Origin: Candidatus Eiseniibacteriota bacterium | GTDB lineage: Bacteria; Eisenbacteria; RBG-16-71-46 | Reading direction: 5' to 3' | NCBI GenBank assembly: GCA_038068435.1 | Contig: JBBTLZ010000109.1 | Span: 1 to 17,812, forward strand | DNA length: 17,812 bases | In this document: piece by piece, positions 9,768 to 17,812 of the stretch | How positions within the stretch are numbered: the first letter of the stretch is position 1 | Layout of the letters: the number at the start of each line of letters is the position of its first letter | Position numbers and translations under genes: made by a program | Notes under the pieces: generated by a model | The model's database searches: none | The model's input: only the letters and a program-made list of their open reading frames with translations | What the model was told of the DNA's origin: nothing

Positions 9768-10322
9768 ATGTCAACGACCCCTGAAGCCACCCAACTCCTC
9801 CGTATCGGCGACCTTGCCCGCCTGACGGGCAAGACCGTCCGGGCGATTCATCTCTACGATGAACTGGGGCTGCTCCACCCGGCGACGCGCTCGAGCGGCG
9901 GGTTCCGACTCTACGAGCGCTCGGCGGTCGAGCGCATGCGCTGGATCGATCTCCTCCACGGCATGGGCTTCTCGCTCCAGGACATGAGCGAAGTGCTGCG
10001 GTCCTGGTGGAGCGCCGACCTGGGGCCAGACGCGATGGAAGGCCTGCGGCGGCTCTTCGCGCGCAAGCTCGCGGAGACCCGCGTCGCGCTGCAGCGACAC
10101 CAGCAGCTCGAGCGCGAGCTCACCCAGGGGTTGGCCTACCTCGAGACCTGCCGTGAGTGCGCCACGCCGGGGGTGCCGGTGAAGGCCTGCGTCCGCTGCG
10201 GGCAGGACCACGGGATGTCGCACGAGCCCGCCCTGGTGGCGGGCATCACCTCGACGCCGGAGCGTTCACGCCGCGGCGCGCGCGGCGGTCTGCTGAGCGT
10301 GGCTGAACCGGAGCCTCGATGA
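9768..10322 (+). CDS. MerR-family transcriptional regulator with C-terminal CxxC-x10-CxxC cysteine cluster
   Basis: N-terminal MerR HTH: LRIGDLARLTGKTVRAIHLYDELGLLHPATRSSGGFRLY. A coiled-coil dimerisation region follows. The C-terminus reads CRECATPGVPVKACVRCGQDHG (nt 10149-10199). The stop TGA overlaps the sufA ATG (ATGA). An alternative start is TTG 9756. Confidence 0.75.
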   Translation: MSTTPEATQLLRIGDLARLTGKTVRAIHLYDELGLLHPATRSSGGFRLYERSAVERMRWIDLLHGMGFSLQDMSEVLRSWWSADLGPDAMEGLRRLFARKLAETRVALQRHQQLERELTQGLAYLETCRECATPGVPVKACVRCGQDHGMSHEPALVAGITSTPERSRRGARGGLLSVAEPEPR

Positions 10323-10720
10323 CGGCGAAGATCCCGGCGGAGTCGATCACCATGGAATCGACGAACGATGGAGAGACGAAAGGAGCCGGCGTCACGATGA
10401 TCACCCTCACCCCGGTGGCCGCTGAGAAGGTCAAGGATCTCCTCGCCAATCGCGGCAACCCGCAGACCGGGCTGCGCATCGGCGTGCGCGGCGGCGGCTG
10501 TTCGGGCAACTCGTACTTCATGGAGTTCTGCGACGCCGAGTCGCCGGGCGATCAGGTGATGGAGTCGAACGGTGTGCGGCTGGTCGTGGATTCCCGCAGC
10601 GCCACGCTCCTCGGCGGGACCGAGTTGGACTACGTCGAGGGCCTGATGGGCACCGGCTTCAAGTTCAACAACCCGAACGTGCGGCACAACTGCGCGTGCG
10701 GGGAGAGCTTCTCGGTCTGA
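10319..10720 (+). CDS. sufA: A-type Fe-S cluster carrier (SufA/IscA/HesB family)
   Basis: The three conserved Cys are present (GGGCSG ... CACGESF at the C-terminus), with a core [18 protein letters not shown] 10319 overlaps the regulator stop. Internal alternative starts at 10352/10397 would give a more typical 108-122 aa protein. Confidence 0.8.
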   Translation: MTAKIPAESITMESTNDGETKGAGVTMITLTPVAAEKVKDLLANRGNPQTGLRIGVRGGGCSGNSYFMEFCDAESPGDQVMESNGVRLVVDSRSATLLGGTELDYVEGLMGTGFKFNNPNVRHNCACGESFSV

Positions 10721-10838
10721 GCGGACCGGGAGCGGCGAGCAGCCACCGAGCATCGCCCGCGCGCCCCGGATGGGGTGGCAGGGGAGCGGTGCTCCAGAAG
10801 CGGCCGGGATCCAGGGCCGCGCGAAAGAACGCGACCAC

Positions 10839-11642
10839 ATGAGCCATGCGCCGGAACTGGTGATCAAGGATCTCCACGTGGCGATCGAGGGCAAGGAGAT
10901 CCTCAAGGGTCTCAGCCTCGAGGTCCGCAAGGGGGAGATGCATGCCCTGATGGGCCCCAACGGCTCGGGCAAGAGCACATTCGCCAACACCCTGATGGGA
11001 CACCCGAAGTACGAGGTCACCTCGGGCGACATCCTGTTCAAGGGCGAGAGCATCCTCGAGCTGGAGCCCGACCAGCGCTCGCGCGCCGGGTTGTTCATGG
11101 CCTTCCAGTACCCGGTCGCCATCCCCGGGGTGACGGTCGCCAACTTCCTGCGCACCGCGCTCAACACGCGGCTGGCGCCGCCGGACACCAACGGCTCGGG
11201 CGCCATGCCACAGCAGCGGGGGATCGCCCCGAAGGAGTTCCGCGCCCTGCTGCGCGAGAAGATGGCCCTGCTCAAGATGGACGAATCGTTCGCGGGGCGC
11301 TACCTCAACGACGGATTCTCGGGGGGCGAGAAGAAGCGCACCGAGATCCTGCAGATGGCGGTGCTCAAGCCCGAGATGGCGGTCATGGACGAGACCGACT
11401 CAGGGCTCGACATCGACGCGCTGCGCATCGTCGCCGACGGCGTGAACGCGCTCGCCGGCCCCGGGATGGGTGTGCTCGTCATCACGCACTACCAGCGCAT
11501 CCTGAACTACATCAAGCCGGACAAGGTCCACGTGATGGTCGACGGGAAGATCGAGGTGTCCGGCGGTCCGGAACTCGCGCTCAAGCTCGAGAGCAGGGGC
11601 TACGACTGGGTGCGGGAAGGGAAGGAAGTGACCGCGCCATGA
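10839..11642 (+). CDS. sufC: Fe-S cluster assembly ATPase SufC
   Basis: Walker [13 protein letters not shown] signature FSGGEKKR, Walker [11 protein letters not shown] and H-loop ITHYQR are present. The N-terminus ELVIKDLHV matches SufC. Its stop overlaps the sufB ATG. Confidence 0.9.
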   Translation: MSHAPELVIKDLHVAIEGKEILKGLSLEVRKGEMHALMGPNGSGKSTFANTLMGHPKYEVTSGDILFKGESILELEPDQRSRAGLFMAFQYPVAIPGVTVANFLRTALNTRLAPPDTNGSGAMPQQRGIAPKEFRALLREKMALLKMDESFAGRYLNDGFSGGEKKRTEILQMAVLKPEMAVMDETDSGLDIDALRIVADGVNALAGPGMGVLVITHYQRILNYIKPDKVHVMVDGKIEVSGGPELALKLESRGYDWVREGKEVTAP

Positions 11643-14125
11643 GCACGACGCCCAATCTCGACCTGCGCGAGAGCTACACCGAGAAGTACGGCTTCCACGA
11701 CACGGATCAATTCGTCTTCAAGAGCCGCCGGGGGCTCGACCGCGAGATCGTTGCCCAGATCTCGGACATGAAGGGCGAGCCGCGGTGGATGCGGGACTAT
11801 CGCCTCAAGGCGCTCGAGATCTTCGAGAAGAAGCCCATGCCCACCTGGGGCCCCGATCTCTCGACCATCGACTTCCAGAACATCTACTACTACGTGAAGC
11901 CGACGTCCGAAGAGGCCAAGTCGTGGGAGGACGTGCCCGCCGACATGAAGCGCACCTTCGACAAGCTCGGCATCCCGGAGGCGGAGCAGAAGTTCCTCTC
12001 GGGCGTGGGCGCCCAGTACGACTCCGAGGTGGTCTACCACAAGATCAAGGAACACCTCGAGCAGCAGGGCGTTGTCTTTCTTTCCTGTGACCATGCGCTC
12101 AAGGAGCACGAGGCGCTCTTCAAGGAGTACTTCGGCACGGTGATCCCGTCGACGGACAACAAATTCGCCGCGCTCAATTCCGCGGTGTGGTCGGGTGGCT
12201 CGTTCATCTACGTGCCGAAGGGCGTCAAGGTCGACGTGCCGCTGCAGGCCTACTTCCGGATCAACACCAAGGACATGGGCCAGTTCGAGCGCACGCTCAT
12301 CATCGTCGACGAGGGCGCGTTCGTGCACTACGTCGAGGGGTGTCTGCCGGCGGGGGAGCAGGTCAGTGTCGGCGACCACTGGGTGAACATCGAGAGCGTC
12401 AGCCGCGGCGACGTGGTCATGGACTCCGACGGCGAGGAGTCCGTCGTCGCCAGTACCCGCGTGCTGCCGTTCAAGGGCGACCTCGTCCGCCTGGTCCCGA
12501 TCTCGCGGGCCAACGCCTTTCAGGTCACGCCGGAGCATCCGGTGCTGGTGGTGAGGCGGCGCGACGTGGCGACGAGCCGCCCCCAGCGCGGGAACTGGCT
12601 GCTGGAGGTGAACGGCGAGAAGCTCCGCACGGCGAAGCCGGAGTTCATCCCGGCCGGTAAGCTCGAACGCGGTGACTTCATGGTGTTCCCAATCAGCAAG
12701 ATCACGCGGCCGAATCCGGAGTTCACGCCGGGGATCATGCGACTCCTCGGCTACTACCTGGCCGAGGGCTCCACCTACGTGCACAACAAGCTGAAGGTGC
12801 CGGTCGTCGCTTTCAGTTTCAGCGAGCGGGAGCGCGAGACCATCGACGAAGTGAAGGCGCTGATCCTGGCTTTCACGGGCGAGAAGGCGATGGAGATCCA
12901 CAGCCCCAGTCGCCACGGCATCGAAGTGCGCGTCTACTCGCGCGAGCTGATGGACCTGTGTCTCCTCCACTGCAACAAGCACGCAGCGGAGAAGCGGCTG
13001 AGCAAGGTCGTGATGGAGCTGCCGCCGGGACTCCAGGCGGAACTGCTCGAGACCTACCTCAAGGGCGATGGCAGCGTCTATCGCAAGCGCCAGCACACCA
13101 TGGTGCGCGCGGCGACGGCCTCACCGGCGCTCGCCTGGCAGCTGCAGGAGCTGATCGCCAGGCAGGGTCACTACGCCACGGTCAGCGTCCGGAAGGGCGG
13201 ACCCGACACGATCCTGGGCCGCAGGATCACCCGACACGACCAGTACATCCTCTATTTCTCTCCCGACAAGGAGAAGAGCGAAGTGCGGCGCGGCGACGGC
13301 TGCTTCCTCGTGCCGATCAAGCGCATCGAGCGGACCCCGTACGACGGGCCGGTGTTCAACTTCGAGCTGGCGCGCGCGCCGAACGCCTACGTGACGCGCG
13401 GATTCGCCGTGCACAACTGTACCGCCCCGACCTACTCCAGCGATTCGCTGCACTCCGCGGTGGTCGAGATCATCGTCAAGCCGGGTGCTCGCTGCCGCTA
13501 CACGACCATCCAGAACTGGTCCAACAACGTGTACAACCTGGTGACCAAGCGCGCGGTCGCCTATCGCGACGCGACCATGGAGTGGGTGGACGGGAATCTC
13601 GGCTCCAAGATCACCGTAAAATACCCGAGCGTGTACATGATGGAGCCCGGTGCGCACGGCGAGATTCTCTCGATCGCCTTCGCGGGCCGCGGCCAGCACA
13701 CGGACGCGGGCGGAAAGGTGGTCCACTGCGCGCCAAACACGACGAGCAAGATCATCTCCAAGTCCATCAGCAAGGACGGCGGCCGCGCGGGCTACCGCGG
13801 GCTGGTCAAGGTGCAGAAGGGCGCGGTGGACTCGCGCAGCAACGTCAACTGCGACGCGCTGATCCTCGACGAGAAGTCGCGCTCGGACACCTACCCCACC
13901 ATGGAGATCGAGGAGGACCGGGTCTCGATCGGCCACGAGGCGACGGTGTCCAAGATCGGCGACGAGCAGCTCTTCTATCTGCAGTCACGCGGTATCAACA
14001 AGGAGGAGGCGGCGGCCATGATCGTTTCCGGCTTCATCGAGCCGATCGTGAAGGAGCTGCCGATGGAATACGCGGTCGAGATGAACCGGCTCATCCAGCT
14101 CCAGATGGAGGGCTCGGTCGGATGA
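11639..14125 (+). CDS. sufB: SufB precursor containing a 359-aa intein (mature SufB ~469 aa)
   Basis: RBS GGGAAGGGAAGGAAG precedes the ATG. ATGA overlaps link it to sufC and to sufD. The extein sequence (..[19 protein letters not shown] | [20 protein letters not shown]..) is continuous SufB sequence interrupted by the intein. C-terminal SufB motifs are present. Confidence 0.9.
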   Translation: MSTTPNLDLRESYTEKYGFHDTDQFVFKSRRGLDREIVAQISDMKGEPRWMRDYRLKALEIFEKKPMPTWGPDLSTIDFQNIYYYVKPTSEEAKSWEDVPADMKRTFDKLGIPEAEQKFLSGVGAQYDSEVVYHKIKEHLEQQGVVFLSCDHALKEHEALFKEYFGTVIPSTDNKFAALNSAVWSGGSFIYVPKGVKVDVPLQAYFRINTKDMGQFERTLIIVDEGAFVHYVEGCLPAGEQVSVGDHWVNIESVSRGDVVMDSDGEESVVASTRVLPFKGDLVRLVPISRANAFQVTPEHPVLVVRRRDVATSRPQRGNWLLEVNGEKLRTAKPEFIPAGKLERGDFMVFPISKITRPNPEFTPGIMRLLGYYLAEGSTYVHNKLKVPVVAFSFSERERETIDEVKALILAFTGEKAMEIHSPSRHGIEVRVYSRELMDLCLLHCNKHAAEKRLSKVVMELPPGLQAELLETYLKGDGSVYRKRQHTMVRAATASPALAWQLQELIARQGHYATVSVRKGGPDTILGRRITRHDQYILYFSPDKEKSEVRRGDGCFLVPIKRIERTPYDGPVFNFELARAPNAYVTRGFAVHNCTAPTYSSDSLHSAVVEIIVKPGARCRYTTIQNWSNNVYNLVTKRAVAYRDATMEWVDGNLGSKITVKYPSVYMMEPGAHGEILSIAFAGRGQHTDAGGKVVHCAPNTTSKIISKSISKDGGRAGYRGLVKVQKGAVDSRSNVNCDALILDEKSRSDTYPTMEIEEDRVSIGHEATVSKIGDEQLFYLQSRGINKEEAAAMIVSGFIEPIVKELPMEYAVEMNRLIQLQMEGSVG
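12341..13417 (+). mobile_element. Intein with LAGLIDADG homing-endonuclease domain inserted in sufB
   Basis: The element is in frame and 1077 nt long (359 aa). Cys1 (TGT 12341) starts block A ([14 protein letters not shown]...). Block B has TxxH (VTPEHPV). Two LAGLIDADG motifs are present: [10 protein letters not shown] (~12744-12773) and [11 protein letters not shown] (~13044-13076). The terminal ...FAVHN is followed by the Cys+1 of the C-extein (TGT 13418). Confidence 0.85.
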
Positions 14126-15462
14126 CGCCCTCGACGACGACGACGGCGATTGATCTCGCCGCCTGGGAGACCGGCGCGCTGCAGCGCGCGGCGAAGCAGG
14201 ATGAGCCGGCCTGGGTCATCGACCAGCGCCGGGTCGCGGCGGGCCACGCGCGCGCACTCGGCTTGCCGAGCCGGGATCACGAGTTGTGGCGCCGGATCGA
14301 CTTCCGCACCCTCGAGCAGGCGTTGCCGTCGCTCGATCCGTTCCGGGAGACGGCGGCCACCCGCGATTTGGGCGACCTGCCGGCCGCGCTGCTCGAGCGG
14401 CTGGGGGGCGAGTCGGGCCGCGTGGGACTCGTCGTGCAGCGCGACAGCGGCGTCGTCATCGCGCAGACGGCGTCCGAGCTGGCCCGGCAGGGCGTCATCG
14501 TGTGCCCGCTCGGACGCGCGCTCGTCGAGCACGGCAACCTGCTGCGCGAACGGCTGGGCGCCCTGATCGAGCCGGACTACGACGGCTATGCCGCACTCGG
14601 TGCGGCACTGCGCTCGGGCGGCGCATTCGTCTACGTGCCCGACGGGGTGGAGGCGGCGGTCCCAATCCGGCTTTTCGACTGGCTGGATGGGGTCGGCGCG
14701 CTGGCCGCGCCGCGCACCGTCATCGTGCTCGGGAAGAACGCGCGGGCGACCATCGTGCATGAGCAGCTCTCGGAGTCCGCCGAAGGGATCGCATTCCACC
14801 TGGGCGGCACCGAGGTGTTCCTCGGCCAGGACGCGAAGCTGGTCTACGGCACGCTCCAGGAGTGGGGTCGCCACGTCTACCACTACTCGAACCAGCGAGT
14901 GCAGGTCGGGCGCGGGGCCGAGCTGCAGTGGATCCAGACCATCCTCGGCGGCCGGATGGTGAAGACCAACTCGTATTTCAACATGATCGGGCCGGGTGCG
15001 CAGGTCTTCGTGCACGGGTTCATGTTCGGCGACGGCCGGCAGCAGTTCCATCTCCACACGCTGCAGCGGCACCTGGCCGACCACTGCACCAGCGACCTGC
15101 TCATCAAGGGCTGCCTCAAGGATCGGGCACGCAGCATCTACCAGGGCCTGATCCAGGTCGCCGAGGGCGCCCAGCGCACCGACGCCTATCAGGCCAACCG
15201 GAACCTGTTGCTCTCGGACACCGCGCGCGCCGACAGCATCCCCGGCCTGGAGATCCTGGCCAACGATGTGCGCTGTACGCACGGCGCCACCATCGGCAGC
15301 GTGGACCCGGAGCAGATGTACTACCTCATGTCCCGCGGACTCCCGCGCAACACGGCGCAGCGGCTCATCGTCGAGGGGTTCTTCGCGCCGGTGATCGACC
15401 GCATCCCGCTCGAGGGCATCCGGGAGCATCTGCGCCAGGTGATCCAGCGGAAGATCGGATAG
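14122..15462 (+). CDS. sufD: Fe-S cluster assembly protein SufD
   Basis: A SufB/SufD-family beta-helix core is visible (..AFVYVPDGVEAAVPIRL..; ..LLLSDTARADSIPGLEILANDVRCTHGATIG..). ATG 14122 overlaps the sufB stop (ATGA). The protein is 446 aa. Confidence 0.85.
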   Translation: MTPSTTTTAIDLAAWETGALQRAAKQDEPAWVIDQRRVAAGHARALGLPSRDHELWRRIDFRTLEQALPSLDPFRETAATRDLGDLPAALLERLGGESGRVGLVVQRDSGVVIAQTASELARQGVIVCPLGRALVEHGNLLRERLGALIEPDYDGYAALGAALRSGGAFVYVPDGVEAAVPIRLFDWLDGVGALAAPRTVIVLGKNARATIVHEQLSESAEGIAFHLGGTEVFLGQDAKLVYGTLQEWGRHVYHYSNQRVQVGRGAELQWIQTILGGRMVKTNSYFNMIGPGAQVFVHGFMFGDGRQQFHLHTLQRHLADHCTSDLLIKGCLKDRARSIYQGLIQVAEGAQRTDAYQANRNLLLSDTARADSIPGLEILANDVRCTHGATIGSVDPEQMYYLMSRGLPRNTAQRLIVEGFFAPVIDRIPLEGIREHLRQVIQRKIG

Positions 15463-15467
15463 GGCAG

Positions 15468-16772
15468 ATGGCGCTCCGTCACGGCAGCGCGGGCGCGGTC
15501 CGGGCCACCCCCGGAGCGGCGGCGGACGCCCCGTCCCCGGCGCGCCCGGCCTTCGATCCCCACGAGGTCCGGCAGCAGTTCCCGATCTTCCGCACCGCCC
15601 GCGCCAAGCCGCTCTGCTACCTCGACAGCGCTGCGACCAGCCAGAAGCCCGACGCAGTGCTGGCAGCGATGGACCGCTACTACGCGACCTGCAACGCCAA
15701 CATCCATCGCGGCATCTACGCGATCGCCGAGGAGGCGACGGCGGCCTACGAGGATGCGCGCCGGCGCGTGGCGCGGTTCGTCAACGCGCGCTCGCCGCGC
15801 GAGCTGATCTTCACCCGCAACAGCACCGAGGCCATCAACCTGGTGGCCTACGCATGGGGCCGCTCGCAGCTCAAGTCCGGCGACGCGATCGTGCTGACCG
15901 AGATGGAGCACCACTCGAACCTGGTGCCGTGGCAGATCCTCGCCCACGAGCGCGGCCTCGCGCTGCGCTTCATCCCGATCACCGGGGATGGCGAGCTGGA
16001 TCTCGCGGTATTGCCCGGGCTGCTCGCCGACGGGCGGGCCAAGCTGGTGGGCGTGGTGCACATCTCGAACGTGCTCGGCACCGTGAACCCGGTGGCCGAG
16101 CTCGCGCGGCAGGCGCACGCCGCCGGCGCGCTCATGCTGCTCGACGCCTCGCAGAGCGTGCCGCACTGCCCGGTGGACGTGCAGGCGCTGGGCTGCGACT
16201 TCATGGCATTCACCAGCCACAAGATGCTCGGGCCCACCGGCATCGGCGCGTTGTGGGCGCGCCGCGAGTTGCTCGAGGCGATGCCGCCCTTCCTCGGCGG
16301 CGGCGAGATGATTCGCGAGGTGAGTCTGACCGAATCGAAGTGGAACGAGCTGCCGTGGAAGTTCGAGGCCGGCACGATGGCAATCGCCGAGGCGGTGGGC
16401 TTCGGTGCGGCGGTCGACTATCTCGAGGCGCTCGGCATGGACCGGGTGTTCGCCCACGACCGCGCGCTGGTCGCTTCGACCATGGAGCGCCTGCGCGAGG
16501 TGCCGGAGCTCACCATCCTGGGCCCGCCGGCCGAGCGCCGCGGCGGCGTCATCGCCTTCACCCTCGACGAGCTCCATCCGCACGACGTGGCCACGGTGCT
16601 CGACGACGAGGGCGTGGCGGTGCGCGCGGGCCACCACTGCGCGATGCCGCTGCACGAGAAGCTCGGCGTGCCGGCGAGCGCGCGGGCTTCGTTCTACTGC
16701 TACACGGTGCCGGAGGAGATCGACGCGCTGGTGCGCGGGCTCCACCGCACGCGCAAGGTGTTCGCGCGATGA
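15468..16772 (+). CDS. sufS: Cysteine desulfurase SufS (class II aminotransferase class V)
   Basis: The PLP-lysine context SHKMLGPTGIGAL is present, and the catalytic Cys lies in RAGHHCAMPL. The N-terminus FPIF..KPLCYLDSAATSQKP matches SufS. The ATG lies 5 nt after the sufD stop. The ~25-aa Ala/Pro-rich N-terminal extension may instead reflect a later non-ATG start. Confidence 0.85.
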   Translation: MALRHGSAGAVRATPGAAADAPSPARPAFDPHEVRQQFPIFRTARAKPLCYLDSAATSQKPDAVLAAMDRYYATCNANIHRGIYAIAEEATAAYEDARRRVARFVNARSPRELIFTRNSTEAINLVAYAWGRSQLKSGDAIVLTEMEHHSNLVPWQILAHERGLALRFIPITGDGELDLAVLPGLLADGRAKLVGVVHISNVLGTVNPVAELARQAHAAGALMLLDASQSVPHCPVDVQALGCDFMAFTSHKMLGPTGIGALWARRELLEAMPPFLGGGEMIREVSLTESKWNELPWKFEAGTMAIAEAVGFGAAVDYLEALGMDRVFAHDRALVASTMERLREVPELTILGPPAERRGGVIAFTLDELHPHDVATVLDDEGVAVRAGHHCAMPLHEKLGVPASARASFYCYTVPEEIDALVRGLHRTRKVFAR

Positions 16773-17167
16773 GCGGGTTGGAGGATCTGTTCCGCGAGAA
16801 CATCCTCGACCACTACCAGCACCCGCGGAATCACGGGACGCTCGAGCACCCGGACATCACCTACGAGGACGCGAATCCGCTGTGCGGCGACCGGATCCGG
16901 ATCGACGTCAACGTGAAGGACGGACGCATCGAGCAGGTTCGGTTCTCGGGGGTCGGCTGCTCGATCAGCCGGGCGGCCGCCTCGATGCTGTGCGAGGCGG
17001 TCGAGGGCAAGACGCTCGAAGAGGTCAAGACGCTGTCGCGTGACGACGTCCTCGAGATGCTGGGCATCGCGCTGGGTCCGGTGCGGCTCAAGTGCGGGAT
17101 GCTGGCGCTCAAGACGCTGAAGGCCGGGGTCTACGGCATCCATCAGTGGCCCGGCGAGGACGAGTGA
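16769..17167 (+). CDS. sufU: SufU (NifU/IscU-like zinc-dependent sulfur-transfer protein)
   Basis: The N-terminus has the SufU hallmark NHGTL; three conserved Cys are present (NPLCGD, GVGCSIS, LKCGML). An ATGA overlap links it to sufS. The protein is 132 aa. Confidence 0.85.
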   Translation: MSGLEDLFRENILDHYQHPRNHGTLEHPDITYEDANPLCGDRIRIDVNVKDGRIEQVRFSGVGCSISRAAASMLCEAVEGKTLEEVKTLSRDDVLEMLGIALGPVRLKCGMLALKTLKAGVYGIHQWPGEDE

Positions 17168-17181
17168 CGGGAGGGGACGTG

Positions 17182-17508
17182 ATGAGCGATATCCAGGCCG
17201 GGAGGTTCGTGACGGTGGCGAAGGTGGGCGAGATCCCACCGGGCGGGGTCAAGGTCGTGCGCCTCGACGACCAGGAGATCGCCGTGTTCAACCTCGCGGG
17301 CGCGTACTACGCGATCGACGACGTGTGCACGCACGACGGTGGCCCGCTCGCCGAGGGCCTGATCGACGGCGACGCGATCGAATGCCCCCGTCACGGCGCG
17401 CGCTTCGACATCCGCACGGGGAGGGTGCTGGCGATGCCGGCGACCGTGCCGGTGCCGACCTACGCCGTTCGCGTGGAGGGCGAGGAGATCCAGGTGGGAT
17501 GGTCATGA
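17182..17508 (+). CDS. Small Rieske [2Fe-2S] ferredoxin
   Basis: Rieske motifs CTHDGGPL (CxH) and CPRHGARF (CxxH) are separated by 16 residues. RBS GGGAGGGGA lies 5 nt before the ATG. The stop overlaps the sufT ATG (ATGA). Confidence 0.8.
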   Translation: MSDIQAGRFVTVAKVGEIPPGGVKVVRLDDQEIAVFNLAGAYYAIDDVCTHDGGPLAEGLIDGDAIECPRHGARFDIRTGRVLAMPATVPVPTYAVRVEGEEIQVGWS

Positions 17509-17812
17509 GCGACGAGAGCAAGGACCTCCCGGCGCCCGCGGCGGCCCCGTCCCAGCAGGAGCTGGCGGTCCGCTCGGCGCTCGAGACCGTCATGGACCCG
17601 GAGATCAACCTCTCGGTGATCGACCTGGGGCTGATCCGCGAGGTCCGGTTCCTTGAGCCGCCGAAGACGCTGATCCGGATGATGCTCACCACCCCGTTCT
17701 GCCCCTACGCCCCGCAGATGATCGAGGATGTGAAGCAGGCGGTGACCAGCGTGGTGCCGCAGGAGTGCGAGGTGGAGATCATGCCCGACCCCTGGAGCCC
17801 GGACCTGATGCC
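17505..17812 (+). CDS. sufT: SufT / DUF59 (MIP18-family) Fe-S assembly protein, 3'-truncated by window edge
   Basis: The translation MSDESKDLPAP...VRSALETVMDPEINLSVIDLGLIREV...TTPFCPYAPQMIEDVKQAV carries the DUF59 signature (DPE..lsivdLGLi..v, conserved Cys). It is in frame to the window end. Confidence 0.75.
   Translation, partial: MSDESKDLPAPAAAPSQQELAVRSALETVMDPEINLSVIDLGLIREVRFLEPPKTLIRMMLTTPFCPYAPQMIEDVKQAVTSVVPQECEVEIMPDPWSPDLM

Noticed and set aside
10775-14125. 1116-aa ORF-track protein that appears to be a SufC-SufB fusion
   Set aside because: The first ~290 codons are an out-of-frame read-through across sufC, whose true frame starts at 10839/10770. SufB's real start is ATG 11639, with a strong RBS and an ATGA overlap with the sufC stop. 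Similar upstream extensions at 12958 (sufD), 14862 (sufS), 15854 (sufU), 17092 (Rieske) and 3846 (aceA) are likewise artefacts of open upstream frames.
10136-16745. Minus-strand ORFs 10136-11275, 11600-13096, 13121-13936, 13975-15429, 15321-16745 and the alt-frame plus ORFs (10775 frame over sufC, 14286-14762, 15854 frame, 16405-17043)
   Set aside because: All overlap the contiguous, translationally coupled suf genes, whose products show the canonical SufC/B/D/S/U motifs, and none carries a recognisable domain.

Overview
Taxon guess: a high-GC (about 70%) bacterial chromosome segment with TTG/GTG starts and Gram-positive-type suf components. The window reads as ordinary chromosome, not an obvious mobile or defence island.

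Contents, left to right:
(1) The 3' tail of a gas-vesicle (gvp) cluster, cut by the window edge: a GvpA/J/M-family fragment, then gvpK, then gvpJ.
(2) Convergent to it on the minus strand, a two-component system: a multi-PAS NarL-class histidine kinase and a NarL/FixJ response regulator.
(3) After a long lower-GC intergenic region, isocitrate lyase (aceA) and a class-I SAM methyltransferase.
(4) A PreA-type dihydropyrimidine-dehydrogenase subunit (DHOD fold plus two 4Fe-4S ferredoxin motifs) with no partner preT, then a small two-TM protein and an NCS1 nucleobase transporter.
(5) A tightly coupled Fe-S assembly operon: MerR-family regulator with a C-terminal Cys4 knuckle, then sufA, sufC, sufB, sufD, sufS, sufU, a Rieske ferredoxin and sufT (cut at the 3' edge).

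The most striking feature is a 359-aa intein in sufB carrying both LAGLIDADG homing-endonuclease motifs. It opens with Cys1, ends in His-Asn, and is followed by Cys+1. It sits in the conserved ...[13 protein letters not shown]... region.

Other points worth a second look are the MerR-Cys4 regulator heading the suf operon, the Rieske gene inside it, the orphan preA module, and the unusually long lower-GC aceA/TCS intergenic region.

The long arginine-rich minus-strand ORFs that shadow real genes are treated as GC-rich antisense artefacts.
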